64,000 nucleotides of DNA from Bradymonadia bacterium (GTDB lineage: Bacteria > Myxococcota_A > Bradymonadia > UBA7976 > UBA1532). The DNA lies in NCBI GenBank assembly GCA_046290225.1, contig JBKAGE010000075.1, positions 224,001 through 288,000 of the forward strand, read 5' to 3'. The translations under genes were made by a program, and so were the position numbers. Positions 49,290 to 59,574 of the stretch are shown in pieces. Each line of letters begins with the position of its first letter. Position 1 is the first letter of the stretch. Under the pieces are notes generated by a model. The model saw nothing but the letters and a program-made list of their open reading frames with translations. It searched no databases and was not told where the DNA came from.

Positions 49290-50474
49290 TCAAGTGCTCT
49301 CGGAGCCTTCTCTCATCTTCGGCAGACGATGCTCCAGGAGCACCCACGGGAGGAGGCCGGCGAGGGCCCAAATCGCTCCTGCGGCGAACATGGCCTGATC
49401 ACCCAGGGCGTCGGCGAGGGCGCCGAAGGCCGGGGTCATGGCCAGGGCGGAGAGCTCCCAGAGGCCGGTGAAGCCCGCCATGGCCGAGCCTCGCATGGCC
49501 ACAGGGTGTCGGGTGATGGCCTGGGCGGTGAGGATCGGGAAGCAGAAACCGTGGCCGAGGCCCCCGAGGAGCCCGGCCCACATGAAGGCCGAGGGTTGCG
49601 AGGCTTCGGCGACGATCACACACGCCGCGGCGTAGGCGCCCAGGGCCGGGGCGATGAGGTTGGCGGGGCCTACCCTCGCCGGCAGACGAGCGCCGAAGAC
49701 GCGCACCGCCACAGCGCCCCCGGCGTAGGTCAGCCAGATCGACTCCGGCCAGGGCAGGCCTCGATCCCGGGCGGCCACGGTGGCGAAGGCCATGAGCAGG
49801 GCCACCAGCCCCGAGAAGCAGATCGTCATGAGCCAGACCGGCCTCACCTCGGGCCGAGTGAAGGCCCGCAGCACCTGCTGTAGAGGGAGGGCGTCGCGGC
49901 GCCCTTCGGCGGGGCCAGGCTCTTTCAGGGAGAAGATGACCCACAGAGAGGTGAGGATGATGGCGCCGATGATGGGGAACACCCATCGCAACTCTTCAGG
50001 GGCGAGGTCGAGGGTACCCACGAAGGGGTTCACTGCCAGCGGGAGCAGGCCCGAGATGCCGAAGAGGGCGATGCCTTCTGTGCGGCGGCTCGGGGGGATG
50101 ATGTCAGCGGCGAAGGTGAAGTAGCCCGTGAAGAGGGTGCCCACCCCGATGCCGATGATCACGCGGATCACGTAGACCCAAGGGCCCATGGTCTCCACCA
50201 GGCCCAGCAAGCCCATGCCCGCACACAAAATCAGGGTGCCCACCACCAGGGTGGGCCGGCGACCGATGGTGTCGAGGGCCCACCCCACCGCGGGGCGCAG
50301 GGCGATGCCGCCGATGCCCGCCGCGGCCATGGCGGCGCCGATCTCCGTACGGCTGGCCCCGATGTGATCGAGATACAGGGGCAGCAACAGCATCGAGGCA
50401 TAGCCCAGAGCCTGCAGCAGATGCCCGAGAACCAGGGCGAGGAAGGGGCCAGTGACGAGGGGGGGCATGGTCAT
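49290..50474 (-). CDS. MFS transporter
   Basis: About 12 hydrophobic segments; RPAVGWALDTIGRR motif A; DIIPPSRRTEG. Confidence 0.88.
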   Translation of the reverse strand: MTMPPLVTGPFLALVLGHLLQALGYASMLLLPLYLDHIGASRTEIGAAMAAAGIGGIALRPAVGWALDTIGRRPTLVVGTLILCAGMGLLGLVETMGPWVYVIRVIIGIGVGTLFTGYFTFAADIIPPSRRTEGIALFGISGLLPLAVNPFVGTLDLAPEELRWVFPIIGAIILTSLWVIFSLKEPGPAEGRRDALPLQQVLRAFTRPEVRPVWLMTICFSGLVALLMAFATVAARDRGLPWPESIWLTYAGGAVAVRVFGARLPARVGPANLIAPALGAYAAACVIVAEASQPSAFMWAGLLGGLGHGFCFPILTAQAITRHPVAMRGSAMAGFTGLWELSALAMTPAFGALADALGDQAMFAAGAIWALAGLLPWVLLEHRLPKMREGSEST

Positions 50475-51130
50475 CCCAGGGCGTGGAGCAGCCAGAGGCT
50501 GAGGTGCGCGCCACCAAAAGCCAGCGCCCCCACGATGAGGGCGCCGAGACTCCGGAGAGGTGCTGGGGCACCCCACAGCGCCAGCAGGGCGAACGTAGCC
50601 CAGGGCCAGGGGAGTACCCAACGCCAGAAGGGCGCGGAGGCTTCGAGAGATGCCGCCGGCGCAGGGAGGTCGCTCATTTTCGGAGGCGGCAGAGTCGAGA
50701 ACACTGCGCTCGTGTCGAGGCGGGTGGCGCCATTGGGGCCCCAGGTTACGATCAGAGGCACATCGCCCGTGGGTATGACCAGCCGATCTGTGGTGATGAC
50801 CGGTGCGGGGAGATCTGATCGAGGAGCAGCGACACCCGACCACCAGGGGAGGGGCATCAACGCCACGACACAGAGTAGAGGTCCAGGCCTCAACCCTGCT
50901 GAGCCCGCCACGGTGAGGGCGCCGTCCTGTCGCCACCGAAGCGCCGCCCAGCACAGACCCCAGAGCCCCGCCAGGGGGCAGACCACCGTGAGCGTCGTGG
51001 AGAGGGTGAGGCTTCTACCTTCAGTGAGAGCCGCCCCCCAGGCGATGATGAGGAGTACCGCCAGGGCCCCGAACTGCGCCTTGACGATCCGGAGCGCGAG
51101 GCTCCGAAAGAGAGTCGACATGGCTGACAT
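50471..51130 (-). CDS. Hypothetical membrane protein
   Basis: Multiple TM-like segments; ATGA-coupled to the MFS gene. Confidence 0.5.
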   Translation of the reverse strand: MSAMSTLFRSLALRIVKAQFGALAVLLIIAWGAALTEGRSLTLSTTLTVVCPLAGLWGLCWAALRWRQDGALTVAGSAGLRPGPLLCVVALMPLPWWSGVAAPRSDLPAPVITTDRLVIPTGDVPLIVTWGPNGATRLDTSAVFSTLPPPKMSDLPAPAASLEASAPFWRWVLPWPWATFALLALWGAPAPLRSLGALIVGALAFGGAHLSLWLLHALG

Positions 51131-51185
51131 GGTGCCAGCGGCTCAGAGGATCTACAATGAGCCGCCTCACCCATGGGGGAATGCA

Positions 51186-52616
51186 TTGCGCAAGACCAAG
51201 ATCATCGCCACCGTTGGTCCCCGGACACGCTCACCTGAGATGCTCCAGGGCCTCTTCGACGCCGGATGCAACGTGATCCGGCTCAACATGAGCCACGCTC
51301 AACACAGCGACTCGGCGGCCATCATCGCCGACGCCCGCACGCTGTCCGATCGCGTGGGCATCCTCATCGACACCAAAGGGCCGGAGATTCGCACCACAGA
51401 GGTGGAGAAGCCCTTTACCCTCAACCGCGGCGAGAAAGTCATCGTCCGCGGCGAGGAGGGCGTCACCACACCTGACCTGATTCGCGTCACCTACGCCGGC
51501 ATGGCCCGGATCATGGACGAAGGGTCGATGATCCTGCTCGACGACGGCCGCATCGAGCTCGAGGTCGACGCCGTGGGCCCTGGCGAGCTGCAATGCACTG
51601 TGGTGCGCGGCGGCCCGCTGTCTTCGCGGAAGGGCGTGAACGTGCCCAACGTGAACGTGAAGCTGCCCTTCATGTCCGAGAAGGACGAGTCCGACATCGT
51701 CTTCGCCGTGCGCCAGCAGGCAGACTTCATCGCCGCCTCTTTCGTGAGCGACTCCGAGGACGTGCTCAAGGTCAAGGAGATCGTCGAGCGCGAGGGTGGC
51801 CGCTGTAAGATCATCTCGAAGATCGAGAGCCGTCTCGCTCTGAAGAACCTCGCGGAGATCATCCAGGCCTCGGACGGCATCATGATCGCCCGCGGTGATC
51901 TGGGCGTGGAGATCCGGGCGGAAGAGGTGCCCATCGTCCAGAAGCGGATCATCAACGCCTGCCGCCAGGCGGGCAAGCTGGTCATCGTGGCCACCCAGAT
52001 GCTCGAGTCGATGACCTACAACCCCCGGCCCAGCCGGGCGGAGACCAGCGACGTGGCCAACGCCATCTTCGAGGGGGCCGACGCGGTCATGCTCTCCGGC
52101 GAGACCACCGTTGGCGAGTACCCCCTCGACGCCGTGCGCACCATGAGCACCATCGCCGGGTACGCCGAGCGCGAGAAGGCCCGCCACGACGAGCCCGTGA
52201 ACCTCGGCAAGGCGCACCACGTCTCCGACCTGATCTGCAAGTCGGCTTCTCTCGCCGCCCGAGAGCTCAACATCAAGGCGATTCTGGTGCCCACGAGCTC
52301 CGGAAATACCGCCATCCGCATGAGCCGCTATCGCCCCACCGTGCCCATCCTGGCCACGACCCCGGAGATGGCTGTGGCCCGGAGTCTGGCCCTGAACTTC
52401 GGCGTGTATGCGCTGCCCACCCGCCACTTCGGTCGGGTGGAGAGCATGGTCAGGCGTTCGTGTCAGCTCATGGTGGACGAGGGGCTGCTCGAGCGTGAAG
52501 ACGTCATCGCAGTCGTGGCCGGTGTGCCCGTGGGTCGGTCTGGCAGCACCAACCTGCTCACCATCCAGCCCGTGGCCAGTTTGCTCGGGAAATCCTTTGG
52601 TGGTGGGGGCGGGTAA
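51186..52616 (+). CDS. pyk: Pyruvate kinase
   Basis: TTG start; RKTKIIATVGP, RLNMSH, DTKGPEIR, KIE, MIARGDLG, ATQMLESM, DVANA and MLSGET. Confidence 0.98.
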   Translation: MRKTKIIATVGPRTRSPEMLQGLFDAGCNVIRLNMSHAQHSDSAAIIADARTLSDRVGILIDTKGPEIRTTEVEKPFTLNRGEKVIVRGEEGVTTPDLIRVTYAGMARIMDEGSMILLDDGRIELEVDAVGPGELQCTVVRGGPLSSRKGVNVPNVNVKLPFMSEKDESDIVFAVRQQADFIAASFVSDSEDVLKVKEIVEREGGRCKIISKIESRLALKNLAEIIQASDGIMIARGDLGVEIRAEEVPIVQKRIINACRQAGKLVIVATQMLESMTYNPRPSRAETSDVANAIFEGADAVMLSGETTVGEYPLDAVRTMSTIAGYAEREKARHDEPVNLGKAHHVSDLICKSASLAARELNIKAILVPTSSGNTAIRMSRYRPTVPILATTPEMAVARSLALNFGVYALPTRHFGRVESMVRRSCQLMVDEGLLEREDVIAVVAGVPVGRSGSTNLLTIQPVASLLGKSFGGGGG

Positions 52617-52694
52617 GAAAAATACCTACAAATTTGCCTTCGGTGGGTATGTGTATGACAGTGCCTACACATCCTACACGCCACGGAGGCCACC

Positions 52695-53111
52695 ATGACC
52701 GATCCTTTCGATCCCCAGATGCCCGCTCTGCCCCCCCGGGTCCACGGTGAGACCGCTGATCCTTTTGGTCCTGCGTCGCCGACGCCCATCGGTCGTGACG
52801 ACCTGCGCAGCTGTGGCCGGGTGCCCCTCGACATCTATGTGAACCAGGTCATCGACGGTCAGCCCTTCATCGCTCGGGCCCGTGACTTGAGCCCCTTCGG
52901 CCTGCGGGTGGGCTCGATTCTGACCCCCGAGACGCGTGATCGGGCGCGAATTGCCCTGGAGTTTATGCTGCCAGGGTCCGATGAGGTCATCTGGGCCCCT
53001 GTGGAGCCAGTGCACCGCAAGGGCCCTCCGGGAACCACGGGTTTTCGCTTCGTGCGCATGGCCCGCCGTCACGCCCGGATGATCGAGTCGTACATTCAGG
53101 CCGCAGCCTGA
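52695..53111 (+). CDS. PilZ domain protein
   Basis: RSCGR (RxxxR) and DLSPFG (DxSxxG) motifs, plus GFRF. Confidence 0.8.
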   Translation: MTDPFDPQMPALPPRVHGETADPFGPASPTPIGRDDLRSCGRVPLDIYVNQVIDGQPFIARARDLSPFGLRVGSILTPETRDRARIALEFMLPGSDEVIWAPVEPVHRKGPPGTTGFRFVRMARRHARMIESYIQAAA

Positions 53112-53163
53112 GCGATTGCCTCTCTTATGAGGCGTCGAGCTGGCCCGGTCGAGGTCAGCCATC

Positions 53164-53478
53164 TTGCCCGTCTATACCCACCTCACCCCGCCGGGGTTTG
53201 CACTCGCTGAAGCGGCTTACGCGGCCGATGGCGCGTTGATCTTCGGTCGAGGGACCACCCTCACCCCCAGACATCTGACGGCGCTCATCGAAGAAGGGGT
53301 CACCCTCATCGAGGTGGAGCCAACGGGCGCGCAGCCGGAGATCCCCCCGTGGATCGAGGCCCCTGAGTTGTCCCGATGGCTCGAAGATCTCGAGCGACGC
53401 TTTGAGCGCGTGAAGGGCGATCGGCGGATGAACGCGCTGAAGCAGGCGCTGCGCAAGACGATGGAGGCCCGCCGATGA
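53164..53478 (+). CDS. Small hypothetical protein resembling the N-terminal module of HD-GYP proteins
   Basis: PGFALAE...GALIF.RGTTLT...L..L.E.GV..IEV; ATGA-coupled to the HDOD gene. Confidence 0.6.
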   Translation: MPVYTHLTPPGFALAEAAYAADGALIFGRGTTLTPRHLTALIEEGVTLIEVEPTGAQPEIPPWIEAPELSRWLEDLERRFERVKGDRRMNALKQALRKTMEARR

Positions 53479-54392
53479 CCGCCCTGGCATTGGAGCGGGA
53501 AGAGACGGGAGGGGCGCTGCTCGATCGCATGGGCCGCCGATTGCTCAAGCGGCAAATCGAAGCCCTGAAGAGTCTGCCGAGCTTCCCGAGATCGGTCCTC
53601 AAGATTCAGTCGCTGGTGGCTTCTGAAGGCGTACCCGAGACGGCCTTCAAGGAGATCGCCGCCATCATCGAGTCTGATCCGGCGCTGTGCGCCCGGGTGC
53701 TCAAGATGGTGAACGCTGCGTTCTACGGCACTCGCGGGCCCGTGGTCTCGGTCCTCGACGCCCTGGTGATGCTGGGCTTCGAAGTGGTGCGGGGGGTTTT
53801 GTTGAGCGCAGGCGCTCTGGAGGCCTTCGGCGCGAGCGGCGGCTTCCAGGCAGATCTCGACGGGCTCTGGGCCCACTCATTCGGCGCAGGCGTGGCGGCC
53901 TCTGCCCTCGCTCGGGTGCTGCGGATGCCAGAGCCGGGCATTCTGGCCTCGGCGGCGTTGATGCACGATTTGGGGAAGGTGGCCCTGATCACCCAGCTGG
54001 GGGACGACTACAGCGGGGTCGTGGCCTCGGCTGTGGAGCGCGGGGTACCGATTCGACAAGCAGAAGCGGAGATCATGGGGGTGACCCATGACGAGATCGG
54101 CCGCTGGCTGGTGACGCGGTGGCGGTTCCCCGAGCCCCTGGCCATGCCCATCGCCTGGCACCACACCCCAGAGCAGGCGGGCCGCTATGCAGAGTCGGCG
54201 GCGGTGATCCATGTGGCCGATTTGATGATCAGAGGCCTCGGCTTCGGGTTCCCCGGTGACTACGTGATGCCTGATCTCGACGTGAAGGCCTGGAAGCTGC
54301 TGAGCCTCAACGGCCGGAAGATCGAGCAGGCGGTGTCCATCATGCAGCGAGAGCTCCATGGCGCCATGGCTGCGGCTCAGAGGGTGGCCTGA
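53475..54392 (+). CDS. HDOD domain protein
   Basis: LPSFP, DPALCARVLKMVNAAFY, LWAHS, LMHDLGK, E..IMGVTHDEIG..L..W.FP and HH.P. Confidence 0.92.
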   Translation: MTALALEREETGGALLDRMGRRLLKRQIEALKSLPSFPRSVLKIQSLVASEGVPETAFKEIAAIIESDPALCARVLKMVNAAFYGTRGPVVSVLDALVMLGFEVVRGVLLSAGALEAFGASGGFQADLDGLWAHSFGAGVAASALARVLRMPEPGILASAALMHDLGKVALITQLGDDYSGVVASAVERGVPIRQAEAEIMGVTHDEIGRWLVTRWRFPEPLAMPIAWHHTPEQAGRYAESAAVIHVADLMIRGLGFGFPGDYVMPDLDVKAWKLLSLNGRKIEQAVSIMQRELHGAMAAAQRVA

Positions 54393-56029
54393 TGCAGCGC
54401 CCGGACCTCGAAACACTGACCCGGGAGCGGGACGAGTTCGCCCGGGCGGTGGCTGATCTGACCACCCGCTACGAAGAGAAGGTGGAGGAGCTGTCGCTGA
54501 TCCGTCAGGTGGGCGATGTGCTCGGCGACACCCTCGATCTGCCCACGGTCTGTGTCCGCATCGTCGATCTGGTGGTGGAGGCGGTGGGCCCCGAGCACGC
54601 CTCGCTGATGCTGGTGGACGACGAGGGCGAAGGCTTGCTGCTCGCTGCGGCCCGGAGCGCCTTTGACGACGAGACGCAGCTCTATGAGGTGGCAGCGGAG
54701 CAGCCCCGGTTCGCCCTCGGCGAGGGGGTGGCGGGGACTGTGGCAGTGGAGGGCAAGTCAGTCCGGTTGGAAGACGCCCGCTCAGATCCGCGCTTCGCCC
54801 AGACTGCAAACGCGGACGCCGTGGTGCCCGTGTCGCTCCTCGTGCTCCCCCTCAAGGTGCAAGAGCGGGTGGTGGGGGTGATGAACCTGTCCGACTCGCT
54901 GCCCGGGGCCTTCGAGGCGCGACACGAGCGCCTGCTGACCATCGTGGCCAACGTGCTGGCGATGACGGTGGAGCACGCCCGGGTACACGACGCTCTCCGG
55001 CGCAGCCAGGAGGTTCTGGCGGTGGAGAATCGCCAGCTCAAGGCGGCGATCACGTTGGGGGCCGAGCGCTCGGGCCCCGTGGCGGATCTGGTGGGGTCGA
55101 GCCCGGCTTTTCGCCGGGTGGTCTCCCTCATCGAGCGCGTGGCCGATACCACAGCGAGCGTGCTGGTACAGGGGGAGTCGGGCACCGGCAAGGAGATGGT
55201 GGCCCGGGCGCTCCATGGATCAAGCGAGCGTGCCGAGGCGCCTTTTGTGGCCATCAACTGCGCAGCGCTCCCCGAGAGCCTGCTCGAGGCGGAGCTGTTC
55301 GGCATCGAGCAGGGCGTAGCGACTGGGGTGGACGCTCGACCGGGCACCTTCGAGCGGGCCCACGGCGGTACCCTCTTTCTCGATGAGATCGGCGACATGC
55401 ACCCCTCGGTGCAGGCCAAGGTGCTCCGGGTGATCCAGGAGCGCCAGGTGGTCCGCCTCGGGGCACGGCAGCCCACCCCCGTGGACGTACGCCTGATCTC
55501 GGCGACCCACCGTGATCTGCTTCAAGCGGTGGAGGACGGCAGTTTTCGGCAAGACCTCTACTATCGGTTGAAGGTGGTGCAGATCGAGCTGCCACCGCTG
55601 CGGGCCCGCCGAGAGGACATCGTGCCTCTGGCTCGCCACTTCATCGACCGCCTGTCGGCCCGCCATCGTCGCCGGGCCCCGAGACTGAGCCGAGCCGCGG
55701 CGCAGGCCCTGCTGGCTCACCCCTGGCCCGGGAACATCCGCGAGTTGGAGCACACCCTGGAGCAGGCGGTGATCGTCGCCGAGGGCACAGAGCTGGCCCC
55801 TGAGGATCTCGGCCTGGCACTGACGTCGGGGGAGGGGGTACGCCTGGAGCTGCCTGCAGAGGTAGAAGGGTTCCACGAGGTGATGCAGGAGGTGCAGGCC
55901 CTGGCGGAGAAGGCTCTGGTGGAGCGAGCCCTCTCAGAGGCCCGGGGCAACCGGACGCACGCGGCCCAGGCCTTGGGGATCGCCCGGCGCACCCTCATCT
56001 ACAAAATGCACGACTACGGCTTGGGCTGA
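54392..56029 (+). CDS. GAF-AAA+-HTH sigma54-type enhancer-binding protein (GVATGV loop variant)
   Basis: GAF domain; GESGTGKE, INCAA, ELFG, FLDEIG, FRQDLYYRL and WPGNIREL; Fis-type HTH. Confidence 0.92.
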   Translation: MQRPDLETLTRERDEFARAVADLTTRYEEKVEELSLIRQVGDVLGDTLDLPTVCVRIVDLVVEAVGPEHASLMLVDDEGEGLLLAAARSAFDDETQLYEVAAEQPRFALGEGVAGTVAVEGKSVRLEDARSDPRFAQTANADAVVPVSLLVLPLKVQERVVGVMNLSDSLPGAFEARHERLLTIVANVLAMTVEHARVHDALRRSQEVLAVENRQLKAAITLGAERSGPVADLVGSSPAFRRVVSLIERVADTTASVLVQGESGTGKEMVARALHGSSERAEAPFVAINCAALPESLLEAELFGIEQGVATGVDARPGTFERAHGGTLFLDEIGDMHPSVQAKVLRVIQERQVVRLGARQPTPVDVRLISATHRDLLQAVEDGSFRQDLYYRLKVVQIELPPLRARREDIVPLARHFIDRLSARHRRRAPRLSRAAAQALLAHPWPGNIRELEHTLEQAVIVAEGTELAPEDLGLALTSGEGVRLELPAEVEGFHEVMQEVQALAEKALVERALSEARGNRTHAAQALGIARRTLIYKMHDYGLG

Positions 56030-56616
56030 GGCGTCTTGGGCGCGGGTTTGGTCGGGGCTGGCTTCCGGGGCTTTCCGGGAACAGCTGCCTTGCCCTTGCC
56101 GAGCAGAGCGTCGATGGCCGCTCGCCCGCTCAGGGGCTCCATGGCGTCTTCTACGGCGTACTGCCAGAAGCCCTGCCCCTGGAAGTTGCCTTGTCGCAAA
56201 AAGAGGATGGCTGGGGCCTCCCACTTCACCGGAGCCGACGGGGTGTAGGCGGGGAAAATCGGCGACTTCCTGATGCCCTCCCGGTGGTAGCGGATGTGCA
56301 GATCGTACATGTCGGTCCACACGCCCGAGGCCACCTGCAGCGTCTCGCCCTTCGCGGGCACCGTGCCGCTGAGGGTGGTGTGGATCACCTCATCGATGAC
56401 CCAGCGGTCGTCATGGCGCACAAAGGCTTCGACCGCGGGGGTGCCCGGCACGGGCACCTCGAGCTTCACCCGGGTGGGATCAGCGCGATGGGCCACCACG
56501 ATGAGGCTGGAGTGTCCGACGAGCTGGTCGAGGGGCACCTGGTCGTAATGAATGCGGCTGGCCATTGCGGTCCCCAAGAGGCAGAGCGAGAGCGACAGAG
56601 CGAGGAGTGGCTTCAT
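56014..56616 (-). CDS. Secreted hypothetical protein (paralogue of 56613-57224)
   Basis: Signal peptide; collinear sequence similarity to the neighbouring ORF. Confidence 0.75.
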   Translation of the reverse strand: MKPLLALSLSLCLLGTAMASRIHYDQVPLDQLVGHSSLIVVAHRADPTRVKLEVPVPGTPAVEAFVRHDDRWVIDEVIHTTLSGTVPAKGETLQVASGVWTDMYDLHIRYHREGIRKSPIFPAYTPSAPVKWEAPAILFLRQGNFQGQGFWQYAVEDAMEPLSGRAAIDALLGKGKAAVPGKPRKPAPTKPAPKTPQPKP

Positions 56617-57224
56617 TTGGACGCGCCCTTCGGTGTGGGGGCTGGGGTGATCGTGGACGTGGGCCCCGTCTTGAGGGCCGCTTCGATGGCCGGGCGGCCG
56701 CTCAAGGGCTCCTGAGCGCCCGTGAGGGTGTAGCGCCAGCTGAGCTTGCCCTGAGACTTCTCGGGGCTGAGCATCAAGATCACCTTGGCTCCAGGCTCAC
56801 GGGGGATCGCCCCCGACGGTGTGTGGCTGAGCAGGGCCGGCGACTCCATGATGCCGTGTCGCTCGTACTCGACGTGCCCCGCCATCATGTCGCTCCACTC
56901 CGCTGGGGCCACCTGAATGGCCTCGCCCACCTGGGGCGCCGGCGCAGGGATGAGCTTCGTGGTGTGGTGCACGATCTCGTCCACCACCCACCGTTCGTCA
57001 TAGCGGGTGAAGGGCGGGATCTTCGGCGTGCCCTCTACAGGGATCTTCACCTCGACGGTGTGTGGCTCGGCCCGATGGGCCACGACGATGAGGGCGCTCT
57101 GCCCGACGACCTCGTCGAGGGGCAGGGGCGTCAGGAAGATCTGCGAAGCCATGAGGTACACCGGGGCGAGGGTGAGGAGCAGCCCGGTGAGCGCTGTGGT
57201 GCAAAGGCGTGTTCTGCGGTGCAT
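56613..57224 (-). CDS. Secreted hypothetical protein (paralogue of 56014-56616)
   Basis: Signal peptide; shared PLD..VG.S.LIVVAHRA.P, RWV.DE..H, GE..QVA...W.DM and EPLSGR.AI.A motifs; ATGA-coupled. Confidence 0.75.
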   Translation of the reverse strand: MHRRTRLCTTALTGLLLTLAPVYLMASQIFLTPLPLDEVVGQSALIVVAHRAEPHTVEVKIPVEGTPKIPPFTRYDERWVVDEIVHHTTKLIPAPAPQVGEAIQVAPAEWSDMMAGHVEYERHGIMESPALLSHTPSGAIPREPGAKVILMLSPEKSQGKLSWRYTLTGAQEPLSGRPAIEAALKTGPTSTITPAPTPKGASK

Positions 57225-57286
57225 CGGTCATCCAGGGCGGTGGGCACAGCCCGTTCGGGCCTGCTGCAGACCGATTTGTAGCTCAA

Positions 57287-58696
57287 TCATTCACCGGCGG
57301 CGACGGTGTTGCCCGCAGGCAGCCCCTCGGGCCCGCTGAGCGGGTAGCGCAAGATCACCCCGTCGGCAGGCTCGTACCGCGCAGGGCCTTGGGCTCGGGG
57401 CAGGCCCTCGAGAGATCCGGCGGTCCATCCGATGAGCGCGACGCCTCCGAGAGAAGCTGTCACGGAGGTGGGCTCGTCGCTGCCCTTCGAGCGCACCGTG
57501 CGCCGCCACCGCATCTTGCCTTCAGTGGTGAAGCTGTAGAGCAGCCCGTCGGGCTTGTCGTGCAGGCCCGCAGCGCCGCCGACGTAGAGGTGTCCGTCAG
57601 GGCCCACGACGAGGCCGGCGCCGTACTCCCGCCGAGGTGTGCCGAAGCGCACGCTCCACTGGGGCGAGTTGGTCCGAGAGATGCGCTCGAGCACGAGATC
57701 GGCGGCGCCGAGGGGACCTTCGATGGCGCGGTGCCCCTTTTGAGCGAGGCCGAGCTGGTAGAGGTGGCCGTCGTCATCGAAGGTCAGGTGCTGGGGGGTG
57801 ATGTCGTCGAGAGCGCGATAGTGGGCCTTGGCCCGCTTACCCTTGGGGTCGAGGGTGAGCAAGAACGCTCGGTGCCCCTTGCGCTTACGTCGCTTGATGA
57901 GATCGCCGTCGGTGGTGCCGTTGACGTAGATGCGCCCCTCGGCATCTACGGCGATGCCCTTGCCATAGTCGTTGAACTGCGTGGGCACCCGCTCTGGATC
58001 GGGATCAGGTACGCCATAAATGTTGCTGAACGCCACCTCGCCCTTGGGCGTGAGCTTCAACACGAAGACATCCCAGCCGTTGTGGGCGCCGTTGTAGTTC
58101 TTGCCGGTGTGTGAGGTGCCGGCGATGTCCCCGCCGGTGTCGCCCACGAGATGGATCGAGCCATCAGGGCCCAAGGCGATGTCGGTGACAGTGGCGCGAT
58201 CGGACCGTGAGTCGGTGTGGTCGAAGTCCTTGCGCCAAATGGGCTTGCCCTCGGTGGTGTAGGCGGCAACGAAGACGTTCACCTGGAACCCGGGCCCGTT
58301 GGGCGGGCGATAGGCTCCAGCGACGATGACGCGGTCGCGGATGGCGTCGTAGACCACCTCGCTGGCGCCATTGGCTCGCCCGCTGGGGCTGATGGCCCGG
58401 CCCCACATGGGATTGCCGTGCACATCGAGCTTGAGCAGAAAGCCCCGGGAGCAGGGTTGATCTTCGGGGGCGCAGCGCGTCTGCCGGACCCACCGGCTGC
58501 CGGTGCTGCCGACGATGTAGAGGTGGCCCTGGTGGTCGAGGGCGCCGCCGAGGGTGAAGTCGAGGCCTTCGCCGCCGAGGGTGGTCACCCGGCCGCCGTC
58601 GTCCTGGGTGGTGTGATAGAGGGGTTGAGCGCTCGCGGTGAAGCCCGTGAGGCCGACCGCTGCGCTGAAGAGCGTCAGGAGGGTAGTGCGCATCAT
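57287..58696 (-). CDS. Secreted beta-propeller protein with SBBP-like repeats
   Basis: Signal peptide; repeats D..G.LY.VG.T, D.F.LKL...G...W and GIAVDAEGRIYVNGTT. Confidence 0.8.
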   Translation of the reverse strand: MMRTTLLTLFSAAVGLTGFTASAQPLYHTTQDDGGRVTTLGGEGLDFTLGGALDHQGHLYIVGSTGSRWVRQTRCAPEDQPCSRGFLLKLDVHGNPMWGRAISPSGRANGASEVVYDAIRDRVIVAGAYRPPNGPGFQVNVFVAAYTTEGKPIWRKDFDHTDSRSDRATVTDIALGPDGSIHLVGDTGGDIAGTSHTGKNYNGAHNGWDVFVLKLTPKGEVAFSNIYGVPDPDPERVPTQFNDYGKGIAVDAEGRIYVNGTTDGDLIKRRKRKGHRAFLLTLDPKGKRAKAHYRALDDITPQHLTFDDDGHLYQLGLAQKGHRAIEGPLGAADLVLERISRTNSPQWSVRFGTPRREYGAGLVVGPDGHLYVGGAAGLHDKPDGLLYSFTTEGKMRWRRTVRSKGSDEPTSVTASLGGVALIGWTAGSLEGLPRAQGPARYEPADGVILRYPLSGPEGLPAGNTVAAGE

Positions 58697-58761
58697 CTCG
58701 CCTTGTAGCTGGGTGTCGACAAGGAGAGGACGTCAGGTACGAGAAGAGATTCCGGAGGATT

Positions 58762-59220
58762 TCAGCTGTGCACCCAGGTGAACCGGATCCCCCCGAGCGT
58801 CATCCCAACGCCGAACAACAGCGAGATCCAAATCCACGCCCCAGCTCCGCTCACCTCCAGCGCCGCCTTCGTCGGATCGATAGGGTCGAAGTGCACTTGC
58901 ACAGCATCACCCACCTCGAAGCGATCCACCCCCTTGCTCGGCGAGCCACTTATGGCTGACATGTCATAGCGTTTTGACGTGTACGCTTTACCCGCCACCT
59001 CGTACCGATACGCAAAGTTGAAGATCGTACGGGGCTTCTCCCCGGAGATGACTTTCTTGTTCGAAGTCACCACCTCACCGGGCACGGTCTGCCATGTGTC
59101 CAGCTGGCTGCTGTCGTTGATCGTCCCCACAGCTCGGATGATGAAGAACACCCCGATGGCCACGAGGAAGGCGCCGCCCCCGAGAAAGTTCTGCAGTCTG
59201 GTACTGGCCTTCGACATCAC
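58762..59220 (-). CDS. DUF3592-type membrane protein
   Basis: TM - W.TVPGEV..S...YRYEVAGK.Y...G..V.V.FDP.DP..A.L - TM. Confidence 0.78.
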   Translation of the reverse strand: MMSKASTRLQNFLGGGAFLVAIGVFFIIRAVGTINDSSQLDTWQTVPGEVVTSNKKVISGEKPRTIFNFAYRYEVAGKAYTSKRYDMSAISGSPSKGVDRFEVGDAVQVHFDPIDPTKAALEVSGAGAWIWISLLFGVGMTLGGIRFTWVHS

Positions 59221-59574
59221 ATGCTCCTCTCTTTCAAGAGGACGGTCTGGTGCATGCTGACCTTGATGTCTGGACCCTCTCCGTGGGCCTCATACCCTCA
59301 TCGGGCCCCCGGGCCAGAAAGCGCACGCACGATAAATCGCAGGCACCACACGTTGTGCTCTGAACACGCAATGTCCGCAGAAAGCCCCGACATGGCACGC
59401 ATGTATGTAGGATGTGTACCTACGTGGGGCAGATGTGCCCGGCTTTGGTACGTGCAGAGTCACTGTGGGTGTCGATTCGCCCTAAAGCAGGCAAGGCGCA
59501 CACAGCCCTGAAGCCGAGCAAGTTCGACGCCGATAGAGTACAGTGTCGCATCCCCAAAGACGCAGGAGAGCTTC

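Noticed and set aside
50364..51185. N-terminal extensions in the ORF track (pyk from 50364, fliD from 13641, flagellin 1 from 15671, ruvA from 33689, murC from 25131)
   Set aside because: Family N-termini and SD sequences point to later starts, and most of the extensions overlap other genes or regulatory sites.
59380..59420. Sigma54 promoter (TGGCACG) before the radical SAM gene
   Set aside because: There is no GC at the -12 position with the required GG-N10-GC spacing.
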